A DNA stretch of 64,000 bases from Chryseosolibacter sp. (GTDB taxonomy: Bacteria > Bacteroidota > Bacteroidia > Cytophagales > Cyclobacteriaceae). A model generated the notes under the pieces. The model made no database searches. It had not been told where the DNA came from and worked only from the letters and a program-made list of their open reading frames with translations. Both the position numbers and the translations under genes were made by a program. The number at the start of each line of letters is the position of its first letter. Position 1 is the first letter of the stretch. The stretch covers positions 184 through 64,183 of the forward strand of contig DASWTM010000051.1 of NCBI GenBank assembly GCA_036402115.1, written 5' to 3'. Positions 21,202-31,577 of the stretch are shown piece after piece.

Positions 21202-21435
21202 ATGTCTACGAAAAAACGCCTTGGAGTTATTGCAGGAACCGCGTTACTCCTTCTCGCTATCGGTCTGATTAAAGTTACTCTGATAAGTACAACTGCAGCC
21301 AGCGAAAATCAGAACTTTGTCCTGGAATATATGACCGGATATTCAATACCAATCCTGGGAATGGGGATAATAGTCTTTGTGATTTCGTCCTTCCTGTTGA
21401 AGGAAAAGAAGTCGATGCAGGCCACTCACGCCTAG
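21202..21435 (+). CDS. Small two-TM membrane protein
   Basis: 77 aa with two hydrophobic segments; ATG preceded by an A-rich leader. Confidence 0.55.
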   Translation: MSTKKRLGVIAGTALLLLAIGLIKVTLISTTAASENQNFVLEYMTGYSIPILGMGIIVFVISSFLLKEKKSMQATHA

Positions 21436-22202
21436 TCGTCAAAGCCGGGTCTGTGAAAACTCATCGCCTTCGGAAATTCTTCCATTGACATTTTTTTGAG
21501 CTTATCAAGAATACCGAGGATGCTGAGAAAGTCATCTTCATGCTGAGGAAGCAAATCAAAAAGTTTTGCCCACGCCTGCATCGATCGCTCGATACCGATC
21601 AAGGCGACTTTGGCTGACCCATCGGAGTCGGACCCAAAGGGCGAATCCTCAAGCTCGACAAATTCATCATCCGCTGCCTTTACTTTTCCCGAAAGTGCCC
21701 TGATAAGTTTTACGTGAATAAAGGTTTCGTACCACTTAATTACGGCCAGTGAGTCTTTGATCATGGCCATCTTCTCTTTCCCCGATTCAACAGATTCAAC
21801 GCCAATTGTTAGTTCATTTTTCATCTCCTCGAGTTTTTCAAGCATCCCGGGTTGCCTTTTCAGCCATTCCATGGAAAGCTTACTGTACTGCCAACTCAAT
21901 TGACCGATCGGATGCTCCCGGCTTTCCTGGCGGATTATCTTTTGTTTGAGGTTGATATCGTTTGCCTCCTGCGCAATTTCTTTAAGGTCAATATTATACT
22001 GTGCAGCGGCTTGCTCCAGCACCTTGCGTGCCTTCGAAAAGTTTTCTGCAAGTCTGTCCCAAAAGGCTTTGTTGTTTACATCGAGTGACTCAGAAGGAGC
22101 ATCGAGTTCATTTTCAAACACAGTGCACCGTCTCGTGAACGCACAACGCTCGCACCAACGATCGCAGTAATTGTAAATGCCGGGTATTTTTTGATCTCCC
22201 AT
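21432..22202 (-). CDS. Hypothetical protein with N-terminal Cys cluster
   Basis: YNYCDRWCERCAFTRRC (C-x3-C-x2-C-x5-C); helical body; GSAKVALIG and RPGFD near the end. Confidence 0.8.
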   Translation of the reverse strand: MGDQKIPGIYNYCDRWCERCAFTRRCTVFENELDAPSESLDVNNKAFWDRLAENFSKARKVLEQAAAQYNIDLKEIAQEANDINLKQKIIRQESREHPIGQLSWQYSKLSMEWLKRQPGMLEKLEEMKNELTIGVESVESGKEKMAMIKDSLAVIKWYETFIHVKLIRALSGKVKAADDEFVELEDSPFGSDSDGSAKVALIGIERSMQAWAKLFDLLPQHEDDFLSILGILDKLKKMSMEEFPKAMSFHRPGFDD

Positions 22203-22227
22203 ACGGAATGGTATTGACTTAAGTTGA

Positions 22228-22235
22228 TAAATTTG
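22228..22235 (+). promoter_or_regulatory. Bacteroidota -7 promoter element 5 nt before the selD ATG
   Basis: TAAATTTG matches TAnnTTTG. Confidence 0.65.
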
Positions 22236-22240
22236 CGGCC

Positions 22241-23272
22241 ATGGAACAAATTAAGCTGACACAATATAGTCATGGTGCAGGTTGCGGTTGCAAGATATCC
22301 CCCATGGTACTGGATACTATCCTTCATTCTAACACTCCTAAAGGGATTTTTCCGCATCTGCTTGTCGGCAATGAGTCCAAAGATGATGCCGCAGTTTTTG
22401 ACCTGGGCGATGGAACCTGCATTGTCAGCACAACGGATTTTTTTATGCCAATCGTTGACGATCCATTCACCTTCGGAGCCATAGCATCTGTCAATGCAAT
22501 AAGTGATGTGTACGCCATGGGCGGTGATCCGCTGATGGCAATTGCAATTCTTGGATGGCCGATTAATAAAATTGCTGCAGAAGTTGCTCAAGGTGTGCTT
22601 GAGGGAAGCAGAAGTGTCTGCGCCCGAGCTGGAATTCCACTGGCTGGTGGCCACAGCATTGATTGTCCTGAACCTGTGTTTGGTCTTGCCGTAACAGGGA
22701 AAGTGAAGAAAGAAGATCTTAAACGAAACGACACCGCAAAGCAAGGTTCCGTTCTTTATCTCACCAAACCACTCGGCATTGGTATAACAACGACTGCACA
22801 GAAAAAAGGAATTGTGAAAGCGGAACATCTAAAGAAAGCAACCGACACGATGCTTACGCTAAATTCTTTCGGTGCAGTGGTCGGCAAACTTTCATATGTG
22901 AATGCGCTGACGGATGTCACCGGCTTCGGTTTGCTTGGGCATTTGTGCGAGGTCTGTGAAGGTAGCGGTGTATCTGCAGAGATCGAATTTTCTAAAGTTC
23001 CGCGCTTCGATTTCCTCGAACACTATATCCAACAGAAGAGCATGCCTGGCGGAACAACGCGAAACCTCGACAGCTACGGATCAAAAATTTCTTCGCTTAC
23101 CGATGAACAGAAAGCAATTCTGGCTGACCCGCAAACGAGTGGCGGCCTGTTGATTTCCGTTGACGAAAACAAAGCAACTGAATTCGAAAAAGTCGCAGCA
23201 GATAACGGATTGAGGTTATCGGCTTTTGGAAAGTTGGTGACGAAAGGGGAGAAGGTGATTACGGTGAGATAA
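22241..23272 (+). CDS. selD: Selenide, water dikinase (Cys form)
   Basis: [54 protein letters not shown]. Confidence 0.97.
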   Translation: MEQIKLTQYSHGAGCGCKISPMVLDTILHSNTPKGIFPHLLVGNESKDDAAVFDLGDGTCIVSTTDFFMPIVDDPFTFGAIASVNAISDVYAMGGDPLMAIAILGWPINKIAAEVAQGVLEGSRSVCARAGIPLAGGHSIDCPEPVFGLAVTGKVKKEDLKRNDTAKQGSVLYLTKPLGIGITTTAQKKGIVKAEHLKKATDTMLTLNSFGAVVGKLSYVNALTDVTGFGLLGHLCEVCEGSGVSAEIEFSKVPRFDFLEHYIQQKSMPGGTTRNLDSYGSKISSLTDEQKAILADPQTSGGLLISVDENKATEFEKVAADNGLRLSAFGKLVTKGEKVITVR

Positions 23273-23282
23273 TTTTTCGATT

Positions 23283-23371
23283 CACCTCATCCTGGCCCTT
23301 CTCCTAAAGGAGAAGGGAACAGCTCAAGCACTCAACTTCCTCTCCTTTATGAGAGGGTTGGGGGTAAGGTG
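23283..23371. repeat. REP-like element made of two CC(T)TCTCC...GGAGA(A)GG palindromes in inverted arrangement
   Basis: cacctcatcctggcccttctcctaaaggagaaggg and cttcctctcctttatgagagggttgggggtaaggtg between convergent genes. Confidence 0.65.
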
Positions 23372-23470
23372 AAAAGAAAAAAATGTCGAACATTCAACAG
23401 TCAATACTGAATGTTGAGTGTTGGATATTCTCCTTTGCCATCGGTGAATTCACGGGGTTCACGAAGAACT

Positions 23471-26206
23471 CTATCGCTCCCCTACAAACTGATACTTCCC
23501 CGATCCTAACTCAATCACTGTATAATCACCTTCCGCACCGCGCACTTTAAAATCTTTTGATGACGCCAAAGCTTTCTGATTTTCTGTGATCGAGTTCTGT
23601 TTTGAAGAAGGGAAATAGACAACTGCTCTTGTATTCGCTGGAATTTCAACGTCAAAAATCACTTTTCCATCCGCAATTTTCCAGGCAGACTTTACCGCAC
23701 CATACGTTGTTTCAAGTTCGGCTGAAGCATTCGTCAGTTTGCCACCGATGTGTGGTTTGATCACGATCGATTTGTATCCTGGAGCAGACTCTTCTGTGTC
23801 GATGCCAGCGACAACCCGGTACATCCAGTCACCGATAGCGCCATAGGCATAATGATTAAAGGAATTCATGCCCGGAGTTTGAAATGTGCTGTCAGGTTTG
23901 ATTCCATCCCACCTTTCCCAGATAGTCGTGGCACCCATCTTCACGGGATACAGCCAGGATGGATAAGTCTCCTGCTCAAGCAACGTATAGGCTACGTCAT
24001 CGTGACCAAAACGGCTTAACACATGACAGAGATAAGGCGTTCCTAAAAACCCCGTAGACAAATGGTTTCCATATGACTTCACGTTCTCTACGAGGCGATC
24101 AGCAGCCTGCTTTCGCTGTGCCTGCGGAAGCATGTCAAAGTTAAGGGCAAGTACGTACGCAGTTTGTGTTCCTGAGACCAGTCTGCCAGTGGATGTCACA
24201 TACTCTTTGTTAAAGGCATCTTTGATTCGCTGCAAGAGTGTGGAATATTTTTGTACGTCACCATTCTTCCCGAGAACCTTTGCTGCATTGATCACAAGCT
24301 GGGTTGAATGCGACCAGAAACATTGTGCGATCAGATATTTGTCCGTAACTGCAGAGTGTCCATCATTGTCATCAAATGGACGGTAGAAAAGCCAGTCGCC
24401 AAAATGAAAGCCTGTATTCCAGAGATCATCTTTGCTGGTCCGTGTGATCCATTCAACCCAGCCCTTCATACTTTCATACTGCTCTTCAAGAACACGCTTG
24501 TCGCCATATGCGAGATACATGTTCCATGGAATAATGGTGGCGGCATCTGCCCAGCCGGCTGAACCACCCGCTAGATTCGGTCCCCAGCGCAAAACATTCG
24601 GCACAACGAAGGGAACATTTCCGTCCACCTGTTCACTCGCAACATCCTTGAGCCACTTTGAAAAGAAGTTTTTCACATCAAAATTATATGCAGCAGTCCG
24701 CGCGAAAGCCTGTGCATCCCCAGTCCATCCGAGACGTTCATCGCGTTGGGGGCAATCGGTTGGCACATCGAGGAAGTTTCCACGTTGTCCCCACTGAATA
24801 TTTTTCTGAAGTTGATTGATTAACGGATTTGAGCACGTGAAATTTCCTGTAAGCTTCATATCCGAATACAGCGCAATGGCTGTAAAGTTTTCCGGCTTCA
24901 GTTCGCCTGGATAACCTTCGATCTTCAGATATCTGAAACCTTGGAAGGTGAAATGCGGCTCGAATGTTTCCTCCGCTCCCCCCTTGAGAATGTACACGTT
25001 CTGCTGTTTCGCAGGACGAAGATTTTCGGTATAGAAATTTCCTTTTTTGTCTAAAACTTCCGCGTGGTACAGCGTGACTTTGTCACCAGCTTTTCCAGTC
25101 ACCTTCATCTGAACCCAACCGACTAAGTTCTGACCAAAATCCAAAACAACTTCTCCCGCAGGTGTTTTGATCACGTTGATTGGACGGAATGTCTCATGCT
25201 TGCGGATGGGTTCATTATACGTTGCGAGCAACTTCTCATACCCTTCGTTTTTTATTCGTACGCCCGTCCATCCCGTGTCATTGAAGCTCGCTGTATTCCA
25301 ACCTTGTTTTGCTTTTTGATGATCGATCGTTTCTCCATGGTAAATCTCCGAACTTAGAATTTCTCCCGTTGAGGATTTCCAGCTTTCATCCGAGATAATC
25401 AGCTCAGCGGTGCCATCTGCATACTTGATCTCGAGTTGGAAAAGCAATGCAAGCTCCTTACCATAAAAGTTCTTTTGGTTACTGAAGGCAATGTAGCCAC
25501 GATACCATCCGCTTCCCAACGCTACGCCTACTGCATTATCGCCTTGTGAAAGAAGATTGGTTACATCATACTGTTGATATTGGATCCGCTTCGCATAATT
25601 TGTCCAGCCCGGTGTGAGGTATGCATCGCCAATTCGTTTGCCATTGATGTAGCCTTCGTAAAGCCCAAGCGAGGTGATGTATGCAGTGGCCGATTGAACC
25701 TTCTTCGTTGCCTGAAACGTTTTTCGCAGCAGCGGACTTGGACGTGTCACTGAATCTTCCTGGTAGGCGGGTGTAATCCATTTCGCTTTCCAGTCACCCT
25801 GTTTTAACAAACCCATTTGCCACACCGATGGCCCGGTCCACGCAGACGCTTTTCCAGAATTATCCCAAATTCGCACGTGCCAGAAATACTTTTGTCCAGA
25901 CTCGAGTGCCGGCCCTTCATAATCAACGTGAAGGGATCTATCGCTATCAACTTTTCCGGTTGACCACAGAAGATTTTTTCCAGATGCAAGTGACTGAACA
26001 TCCTTGGCAACCTTGATCTCATATGCAGTCTGCATGGTGTTCCTTTTCCCGGATTCGAGGCGCCAGCTGAATCTCGGTTTAAGCACATCCACCCCGATCG
26101 GGTTATTGGTGTTTTCAACTTTCGGATCAACTACCCTTGACTGCGCATAGAGCATCGAGGTGGTCAGCAGAAAAAGAACGGCAATAAAACTCAATCGTGT
26201 TATCAT
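23471..26206 (-). CDS. Alpha-L-rhamnosidase (GH78), secreted
   Basis: PRFSW, DFGQN, FTFQGFRY, PTDCPQRDERLGWTGD, GATTIWERWD, SFNHYAYG; ATG 26206 is the likelier start. Confidence 0.93.
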   Translation of the reverse strand: MITRLSFIAVLFLLTTSMLYAQSRVVDPKVENTNNPIGVDVLKPRFSWRLESGKRNTMQTAYEIKVAKDVQSLASGKNLLWSTGKVDSDRSLHVDYEGPALESGQKYFWHVRIWDNSGKASAWTGPSVWQMGLLKQGDWKAKWITPAYQEDSVTRPSPLLRKTFQATKKVQSATAYITSLGLYEGYINGKRIGDAYLTPGWTNYAKRIQYQQYDVTNLLSQGDNAVGVALGSGWYRGYIAFSNQKNFYGKELALLFQLEIKYADGTAELIISDESWKSSTGEILSSEIYHGETIDHQKAKQGWNTASFNDTGWTGVRIKNEGYEKLLATYNEPIRKHETFRPINVIKTPAGEVVLDFGQNLVGWVQMKVTGKAGDKVTLYHAEVLDKKGNFYTENLRPAKQQNVYILKGGAEETFEPHFTFQGFRYLKIEGYPGELKPENFTAIALYSDMKLTGNFTCSNPLINQLQKNIQWGQRGNFLDVPTDCPQRDERLGWTGDAQAFARTAAYNFDVKNFFSKWLKDVASEQVDGNVPFVVPNVLRWGPNLAGGSAGWADAATIIPWNMYLAYGDKRVLEEQYESMKGWVEWITRTSKDDLWNTGFHFGDWLFYRPFDDNDGHSAVTDKYLIAQCFWSHSTQLVINAAKVLGKNGDVQKYSTLLQRIKDAFNKEYVTSTGRLVSGTQTAYVLALNFDMLPQAQRKQAADRLVENVKSYGNHLSTGFLGTPYLCHVLSRFGHDDVAYTLLEQETYPSWLYPVKMGATTIWERWDGIKPDSTFQTPGMNSFNHYAYGAIGDWMYRVVAGIDTEESAPGYKSIVIKPHIGGKLTNASAELETTYGAVKSAWKIADGKVIFDVEIPANTRAVVYFPSSKQNSITENQKALASSKDFKVRGAEGDYTVIELGSGKYQFVGER

Positions 26207-26293
26207 AATAAAGGTGTTAGGATATGATGAAACCAAGGTCGGAATACTCGTGCACGCAGCAATCCGGTACCGTTAAGGGTCAGTCGGACGCCT

Positions 26294-28672
26294 CTACAAG
26301 ACAAGCATATTGTTCCCTGACGTTAGCTCAACTCGCTTGCCTTTCCACAGCAGAAATGCATTCGTGTTTTCAGGAATCGTGATATCTACTTTCCACTTGT
26401 TTTTTTCCAGCGTATAGCTCGCAGCGACTTTTCCGTTTGGATGCGGCATCTCGCCCGATACTTTCGTTAGGTTCCCGAGATGGGGTTCAATCTTAATTGT
26501 TTTGAATCCGTGTTCATCACTATCAATTCCCAAAACAATTCGATAAAATTCGATGTTCGGACTTGATCCCCACGCATGGCAATCGGAGCGTGCGTTGCTC
26601 ACATCGGAGATTTCCGCCCATGTTGTTAACCCAAGACTTATATTTTCACGCCACTTGTCGAGCCATGACAAATATTGATCGCCAAGGCCGGCTTTTGTCA
26701 GCGCGAGGTGTGTGTAATACCTAAAGTAAATCGATGCAGGAGCCATGTAACGTTCGCTGAGAATTTTTTCCGCAAGTTTTTTCGCCTCATCACCCTGAAC
26801 TAACTTGGTTAGGATTGCCAATGTATTGGCGTGTTGTGAGAAGATATCTTTCTCAGGTGTATCTGCAAAAACTCCCTTTGACGCATCCCAATACTTTTCA
26901 CGAACAGTTTTCGAAAGCAATTCAATTTTCTTGTTATACATGTCAGCATATGCTTTCATCCCAAGGGCAGTTTCCATGTCGGCTGCAATCTGATATGCCC
27001 AAAGTAATTGCAGGTCGAGCACAGATGAGCTTCCATCTTTTCCTTTTGGCGCCATACCGTATCCCCATTGCGTTTTGTTGTTTACCCAATCGGAAAATAG
27101 CCAGTACGGAGTGTGCTTGAGTGAACCGTCAGTCGTTTGATACTTTGAAAAGAAGTTTAGCACATCCCGGGTGCCAGGAAGCTTCTCACGGACAAACATC
27201 GCGTCAGGTCTGTACATCCAGTAGTCGTGCAGCATGCCAATATACCACAGCGAAAAAGTCGGAATGATTTGCGGTGAGAATGATGGATGACGTGAGAGCG
27301 TCACACCTTCGGCCAGACGTGAGTTATCCATCTGGTTCAAAGCATTTCGAACAAGACGGTCGTCACCGGCATTGTAAAATGAAACAAGAGCCTGAATACG
27401 CGCGTCACCAATGTATTGCAACTGCTCGTAGTATGGACAGTCCATATAGGTCTCTACTGCGCATAGCCGTGCCGTGCGCCAACCAATGTCAAGGATTTTT
27501 TGAAGATCGGGCTGAGTCGATGCGAATGTTGCCTGGCGTTCGAACGGAAATCCGGTGAAGGTCCCATAGATATCATCGATTGTCAAGGCTTCGTTCTTAG
27601 TTTGAATTTTCAGTTCGATGTATCGGAACGTGCGCCATGCCAGTGTCGTGAAAACTTGCCCCGCGCTTCCGTTCGAGATCAGGCTATCCTTACGACCCAG
27701 AAATTTTTTCCCTTCTATTTCATTTCGATTGCCTTTGATGATTGGCGATCCACTTTCAAATAACGCCTCTGCATACCTGATCGACACAGAAGCATCTTTC
27801 CCACGACTAAAGTGCATCGTTAAAAATGCATTTGTTAAAAACGATTGATCAAGAATGAGCCTGGAGTTCGTATTTGCCGGCACGGTCAGTGCGGTTTTGG
27901 TTTTTGGAAAGCCAGCCGGAGTTTTCACGCCTTCGACTTGACGGACAATTTCGATTCGCTGTGCCGTCATCTCCATTTGGGGAACGGGTGATGGCACCAG
28001 CATCCAGTTGAATGCGTCAACCATTCCTTTTGGTGCTCCCTGTGCTCCCCAATTTGTCTGCGTTGCATTTTTCCATTGGCTATCGTCATGATTCACGGAG
28101 GTCCAACCTTGATCATAGGAATTCATATTCACAAACTCACCGGGGCCCGCAACATAATAAGTTGGATACCCGATGCTTTCGGTGATAGGCCGATAGGCAT
28201 CACTGCGTTTGCACTTCCAGGTATTATTCGTGTTGACGACTTCTTCCGATTCGGTGTTGCCTTGAAGAATAAATCCTGTCTTGTTCGATATCTGCGCCTC
28301 CGGACGGAAATCGCCCTCATTCCACACGAGCGCAGCAAAAGTGTTTTTCCCTGGAGTTAAATATTTTGAGACATCAACTGTCTCAAAATTCCAATGATAC
28401 ATATCTCCCCGCGCAGGTCCGAGCGAGACGAGGTTGTCATTGACGTAGAGTTTATATCTATTGTCTGCTGACACATTGACAACAAAAGATGATGGTTTGG
28501 ATGGTAGCTCAACGGTCTTCCTGAAATGATAAACACCATATTGCTTTGCAGGCTCATCCGGCACCGTAACCCAGATAGCCTTCCAACGGTTGGCAAGAAG
28601 CTGGGGATTTACAGTTTGAGCAAAGGAATGCGTGCTGATTAACGCAACGCATGCGATGAGAACTTTTTTCAT
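26294..28672 (-). CDS. GH78-family alpha-L-rhamnosidase-like protein
   Basis: SADNRYKLYVN, YMDCPYYEQLQYIGD, GLTTWAE, RSDCHAWGS. Confidence 0.88.
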   Translation of the reverse strand: MKKVLIACVALISTHSFAQTVNPQLLANRWKAIWVTVPDEPAKQYGVYHFRKTVELPSKPSSFVVNVSADNRYKLYVNDNLVSLGPARGDMYHWNFETVDVSKYLTPGKNTFAALVWNEGDFRPEAQISNKTGFILQGNTESEEVVNTNNTWKCKRSDAYRPITESIGYPTYYVAGPGEFVNMNSYDQGWTSVNHDDSQWKNATQTNWGAQGAPKGMVDAFNWMLVPSPVPQMEMTAQRIEIVRQVEGVKTPAGFPKTKTALTVPANTNSRLILDQSFLTNAFLTMHFSRGKDASVSIRYAEALFESGSPIIKGNRNEIEGKKFLGRKDSLISNGSAGQVFTTLAWRTFRYIELKIQTKNEALTIDDIYGTFTGFPFERQATFASTQPDLQKILDIGWRTARLCAVETYMDCPYYEQLQYIGDARIQALVSFYNAGDDRLVRNALNQMDNSRLAEGVTLSRHPSFSPQIIPTFSLWYIGMLHDYWMYRPDAMFVREKLPGTRDVLNFFSKYQTTDGSLKHTPYWLFSDWVNNKTQWGYGMAPKGKDGSSSVLDLQLLWAYQIAADMETALGMKAYADMYNKKIELLSKTVREKYWDASKGVFADTPEKDIFSQHANTLAILTKLVQGDEAKKLAEKILSERYMAPASIYFRYYTHLALTKAGLGDQYLSWLDKWRENISLGLTTWAEISDVSNARSDCHAWGSSPNIEFYRIVLGIDSDEHGFKTIKIEPHLGNLTKVSGEMPHPNGKVAASYTLEKNKWKVDITIPENTNAFLLWKGKRVELTSGNNMLVL

Positions 28673-28684
28673 AGATATATCGCT

Positions 28685-30235
28685 CTACTTTAAGATTTCG
28701 AATAACGTGTCCATTGCGTCTTTCCGTGGAAAAGGCTTTGCGGAAGATTCTTCATCGAACATCATCACCATTGCTTTGTCATCATCGAACGCTGACCACA
28801 GGGGTAATCCGCTGCCATTCGGATCACCAGTCTTTGCAAAATTCGTCCAGTATGACGACATGAGGTCTGCCAGCGCATAGTCCGAGGGTTGCAAAGGCCT
28901 CTTAAAATGCTTTAACGTATTAAAGGCATAGGGAACTTCTGCGGTGTGAAACGCCCCATATTGAATGTATTCCCCTTCCGCAGGGGGCTTTCGCAAGAAA
29001 TTATAGAGATAAACTTTTCGTTTCTTTTGACTTTGAATTTTAGCCCAGGCGTAATTTGAGATCCCGAACGTTTCATCCCGCCCAAGTGCTTTTTGCGATT
29101 CCATGGCTTCTGACTCCGAGCCAGCTGGGTAATAGGTGAGGATCCTTGGCGCATCTGCTGCATACTTTGATTCGAGTTGCCTTTTGTATTCAGCCATAGA
29201 GGTGAGTTGACCGAAACGTTCATCCTGATTCCATCCGGTAAGAAGGGTCACATCATTGTCATTTCCCTTCGCAAAGATTTCCGGGATTGGTTGAGGAAGG
29301 ACGTACCCGTCAATAACCGGAGAAAACCTACCCTTGATTTGCTGTTGTACTTCTTCCGCTGAAAGCTTTCTCAAATCTGCAAGCGTGGCTGACCCTGCGA
29401 GCTGTTTTCCTTCCGATTCTTTCAAACGCAGATCGGCCGTTCTGACAAATCCTTTGCTGAGCATCGTTGACCCACTCTCCGCGATTGCTTTTGTGAATAA
29501 GCCTTTCGCCAGCGGAGAGGCTACCAGGCAATTTACACTCATGGCACCCGCTGACTGGCCTGCGATAGTGACATTTGAAGCGTCTCCACCAAACGCTGCA
29601 ATATTTTTCTGAACCCATTTCAACGCTGCAATCTGATCAAGCAAACCATAATTGCCGGACGTTTTGTTGCTATTCTCTTTGCTCAATTCAGGATGCGCCA
29701 AAAAACCCATTACACCTACGCGGTAGTTCAGTGAAACGAAGACGACACCTTTTCTTGCCAGCGCTTCGCCATCGTAAATCGGGCAGGCACTTCCCCCGGA
29801 CGAAAATCCTCCTCCGTAAATCCACACCAGCACCGGACGTTTCTCCGATTGACTTTTCGCGCCAGTCCATACATTCAGATAAAGACAATCTTCGCTTATG
29901 GGTTCTTCAGGAATTAAGAACTCGGGAGTGTAAACCATAAACGGAGTTGGTTTTCCCTGGATAGGGCTTGCGCTGAAGTTTGTGCACGCCTTCACACCCG
30001 ACCATGGTGCAACGGGTGCAGGAGCTTTCCATCGTAGCTCACCAACCGGTGGTGCAGCAAATGGAATTCCCTTGAAGATGTGAACGTCCCCATTTCTCGT
30101 TCCGGAAATCCTTCCGCCTTCAATCTTTACTGTTTTGAAATCATCTACTGGTGAAGAGATGAAAGCACCGTGTGCTACGATGACAACGGCACATAAAATC
30201 AAAAACTTAAAACGATACATGCTGGAGTATTTCAT
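28685..30235 (-). CDS. Carboxylesterase type B
   Basis: GIPFAAPPVGELRW, SEDCLYLNVW, YGGGF, GQSAG nucleophile, GAFHTAE. Confidence 0.93.
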   Translation of the reverse strand: MKYSSMYRFKFLILCAVVIVAHGAFISSPVDDFKTVKIEGGRISGTRNGDVHIFKGIPFAAPPVGELRWKAPAPVAPWSGVKACTNFSASPIQGKPTPFMVYTPEFLIPEEPISEDCLYLNVWTGAKSQSEKRPVLVWIYGGGFSSGGSACPIYDGEALARKGVVFVSLNYRVGVMGFLAHPELSKENSNKTSGNYGLLDQIAALKWVQKNIAAFGGDASNVTIAGQSAGAMSVNCLVASPLAKGLFTKAIAESGSTMLSKGFVRTADLRLKESEGKQLAGSATLADLRKLSAEEVQQQIKGRFSPVIDGYVLPQPIPEIFAKGNDNDVTLLTGWNQDERFGQLTSMAEYKRQLESKYAADAPRILTYYPAGSESEAMESQKALGRDETFGISNYAWAKIQSQKKRKVYLYNFLRKPPAEGEYIQYGAFHTAEVPYAFNTLKHFKRPLQPSDYALADLMSSYWTNFAKTGDPNGSGLPLWSAFDDDKAMVMMFDEESSAKPFPRKDAMDTLFEILK

Positions 30236-30382
30236 GGAAAGAATGGAGTGTATCGAATATAAGGGAAAAATTGTCGCCAGCCAATGATGCGGAGCGGCCT
30301 CCGTTTGTGGCTTAAATAATCGCTGCTCTGCTGACGATATGCAGACAATTGAATAACTTGATAAACATTAAATCAAAAACCT

Positions 30383-31576
30383 ATGAGGCTTACGATACTA
30401 TTTGCTTTGCTATTCAATTTCTGCGCAGTAAAAGCACAGCCACCCGGAAACGATATGTTTTCAGTCGCCCAGATGAAAACAGGCGTGAAGTCAAAACGAA
30501 TCAGCAGTTTTGACCGCACGGGAAATAACAATGATCGTATGGAAGCGATAAAGCCGGGCGAAAAACGAACGTTGTTTGATGTTGCGGGCGCAGGAATGAT
30601 CAATCACATCTGGATCACCATCTCTCCTGAGCCACAGCATTTAAACCGCAACGATATCATTATACGCATGTACTGGGATGGCAATTCATTTCCATCTGTG
30701 GAGAGTCCAATTGGACCCTTCTTTGGCCAGGGATGGAATGAAGAATATCCGTTTCTCTCACAGCCGCTTTCCGCCACACCGAATGGGGCAAAAGGACTGG
30801 TGAGTTATTTCGTGATGCCATTCGCAAAAGGTGCCCGCATCGAAGTAGAAAATCAATCTGATAAAAATATTGACGCATTTTACTACTACGTGGACTACTA
30901 TGAAGTGGATAAGCTTCCAGCGGACATGGGGAGATTCCATGCCTGGTTCAATCATCAGGTGACAGACACGGAAACCGCTGAAGGCGAAAACGAGTGGGGG
31001 ACACTTGGGCCGCAAAAGCCAAACCTGAAAGGAGAACGGAATTACTTATTTGCCGACATCAAAGGAAAGGGACAATTCGTGGGTGTTAATTACTATGTGA
31101 ATGCGCCTTCACCCATGTGGTATGGTGAAGGTGATGATATGATTTTCATCGATGGTCAGGATTCTCCAACGTTACACGGCACAGGGACAGAAGACTACTT
31201 CAACACAAGCTGGTGCCCGAAGGAAGTATTCATGACACCGTACTTCGGTTATCCGCGGGTGAACACCAATGACAAACGTTGGGAAACAGGATGGCAAGGA
31301 CGAACACACGTGTATCGCTTCCACATTGTCGATCCGATTTATTTCGACAAGTCACTAAAATTTACCATCGAACATGGACATAACAATGTGTTGATTCTTG
31401 ATCTCGCAAGCGTAGCATATTGGTATCAATCTGAAGCGGCAAAACTTCCGGCTCCGCTCACGAAAGAGCAACGTCAATTCATGCCACTGACAAACAACGT
31501 TGACGTTCACAAATGGCGCGAAGCATGGAGACGCAGTAAAGGAACAAATACCTCGTGGGGTAACGAACAGAAATAG
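30383..31576 (+). CDS. Glycoside hydrolase family 172 (DUF2961)
   Basis: SSFDRTGNNND, GMINHIWIT, WYGEGDD, GTGTEDYFN, YRFHIVDPI, EHGH. Confidence 0.88.
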   Translation: MRLTILFALLFNFCAVKAQPPGNDMFSVAQMKTGVKSKRISSFDRTGNNNDRMEAIKPGEKRTLFDVAGAGMINHIWITISPEPQHLNRNDIIIRMYWDGNSFPSVESPIGPFFGQGWNEEYPFLSQPLSATPNGAKGLVSYFVMPFAKGARIEVENQSDKNIDAFYYYVDYYEVDKLPADMGRFHAWFNHQVTDTETAEGENEWGTLGPQKPNLKGERNYLFADIKGKGQFVGVNYYVNAPSPMWYGEGDDMIFIDGQDSPTLHGTGTEDYFNTSWCPKEVFMTPYFGYPRVNTNDKRWETGWQGRTHVYRFHIVDPIYFDKSLKFTIEHGHNNVLILDLASVAYWYQSEAAKLPAPLTKEQRQFMPLTNNVDVHKWREAWRRSKGTNTSWGNEQK

Positions 31577-31577
31577 A

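Noticed and set aside
22076-22828. 250-aa minus-strand ORF
   Set aside because: Antisense shadow of selD; its 3' part is also out of frame with the Cys-cluster gene, and it has no recognisable motif.
22241-23272. Selenocysteine recoding in selD or its neighbours
   Set aside because: The active-site codons are TGC (Cys), no ORF needs TGA read-through, and no selA, selB or selC is visible.
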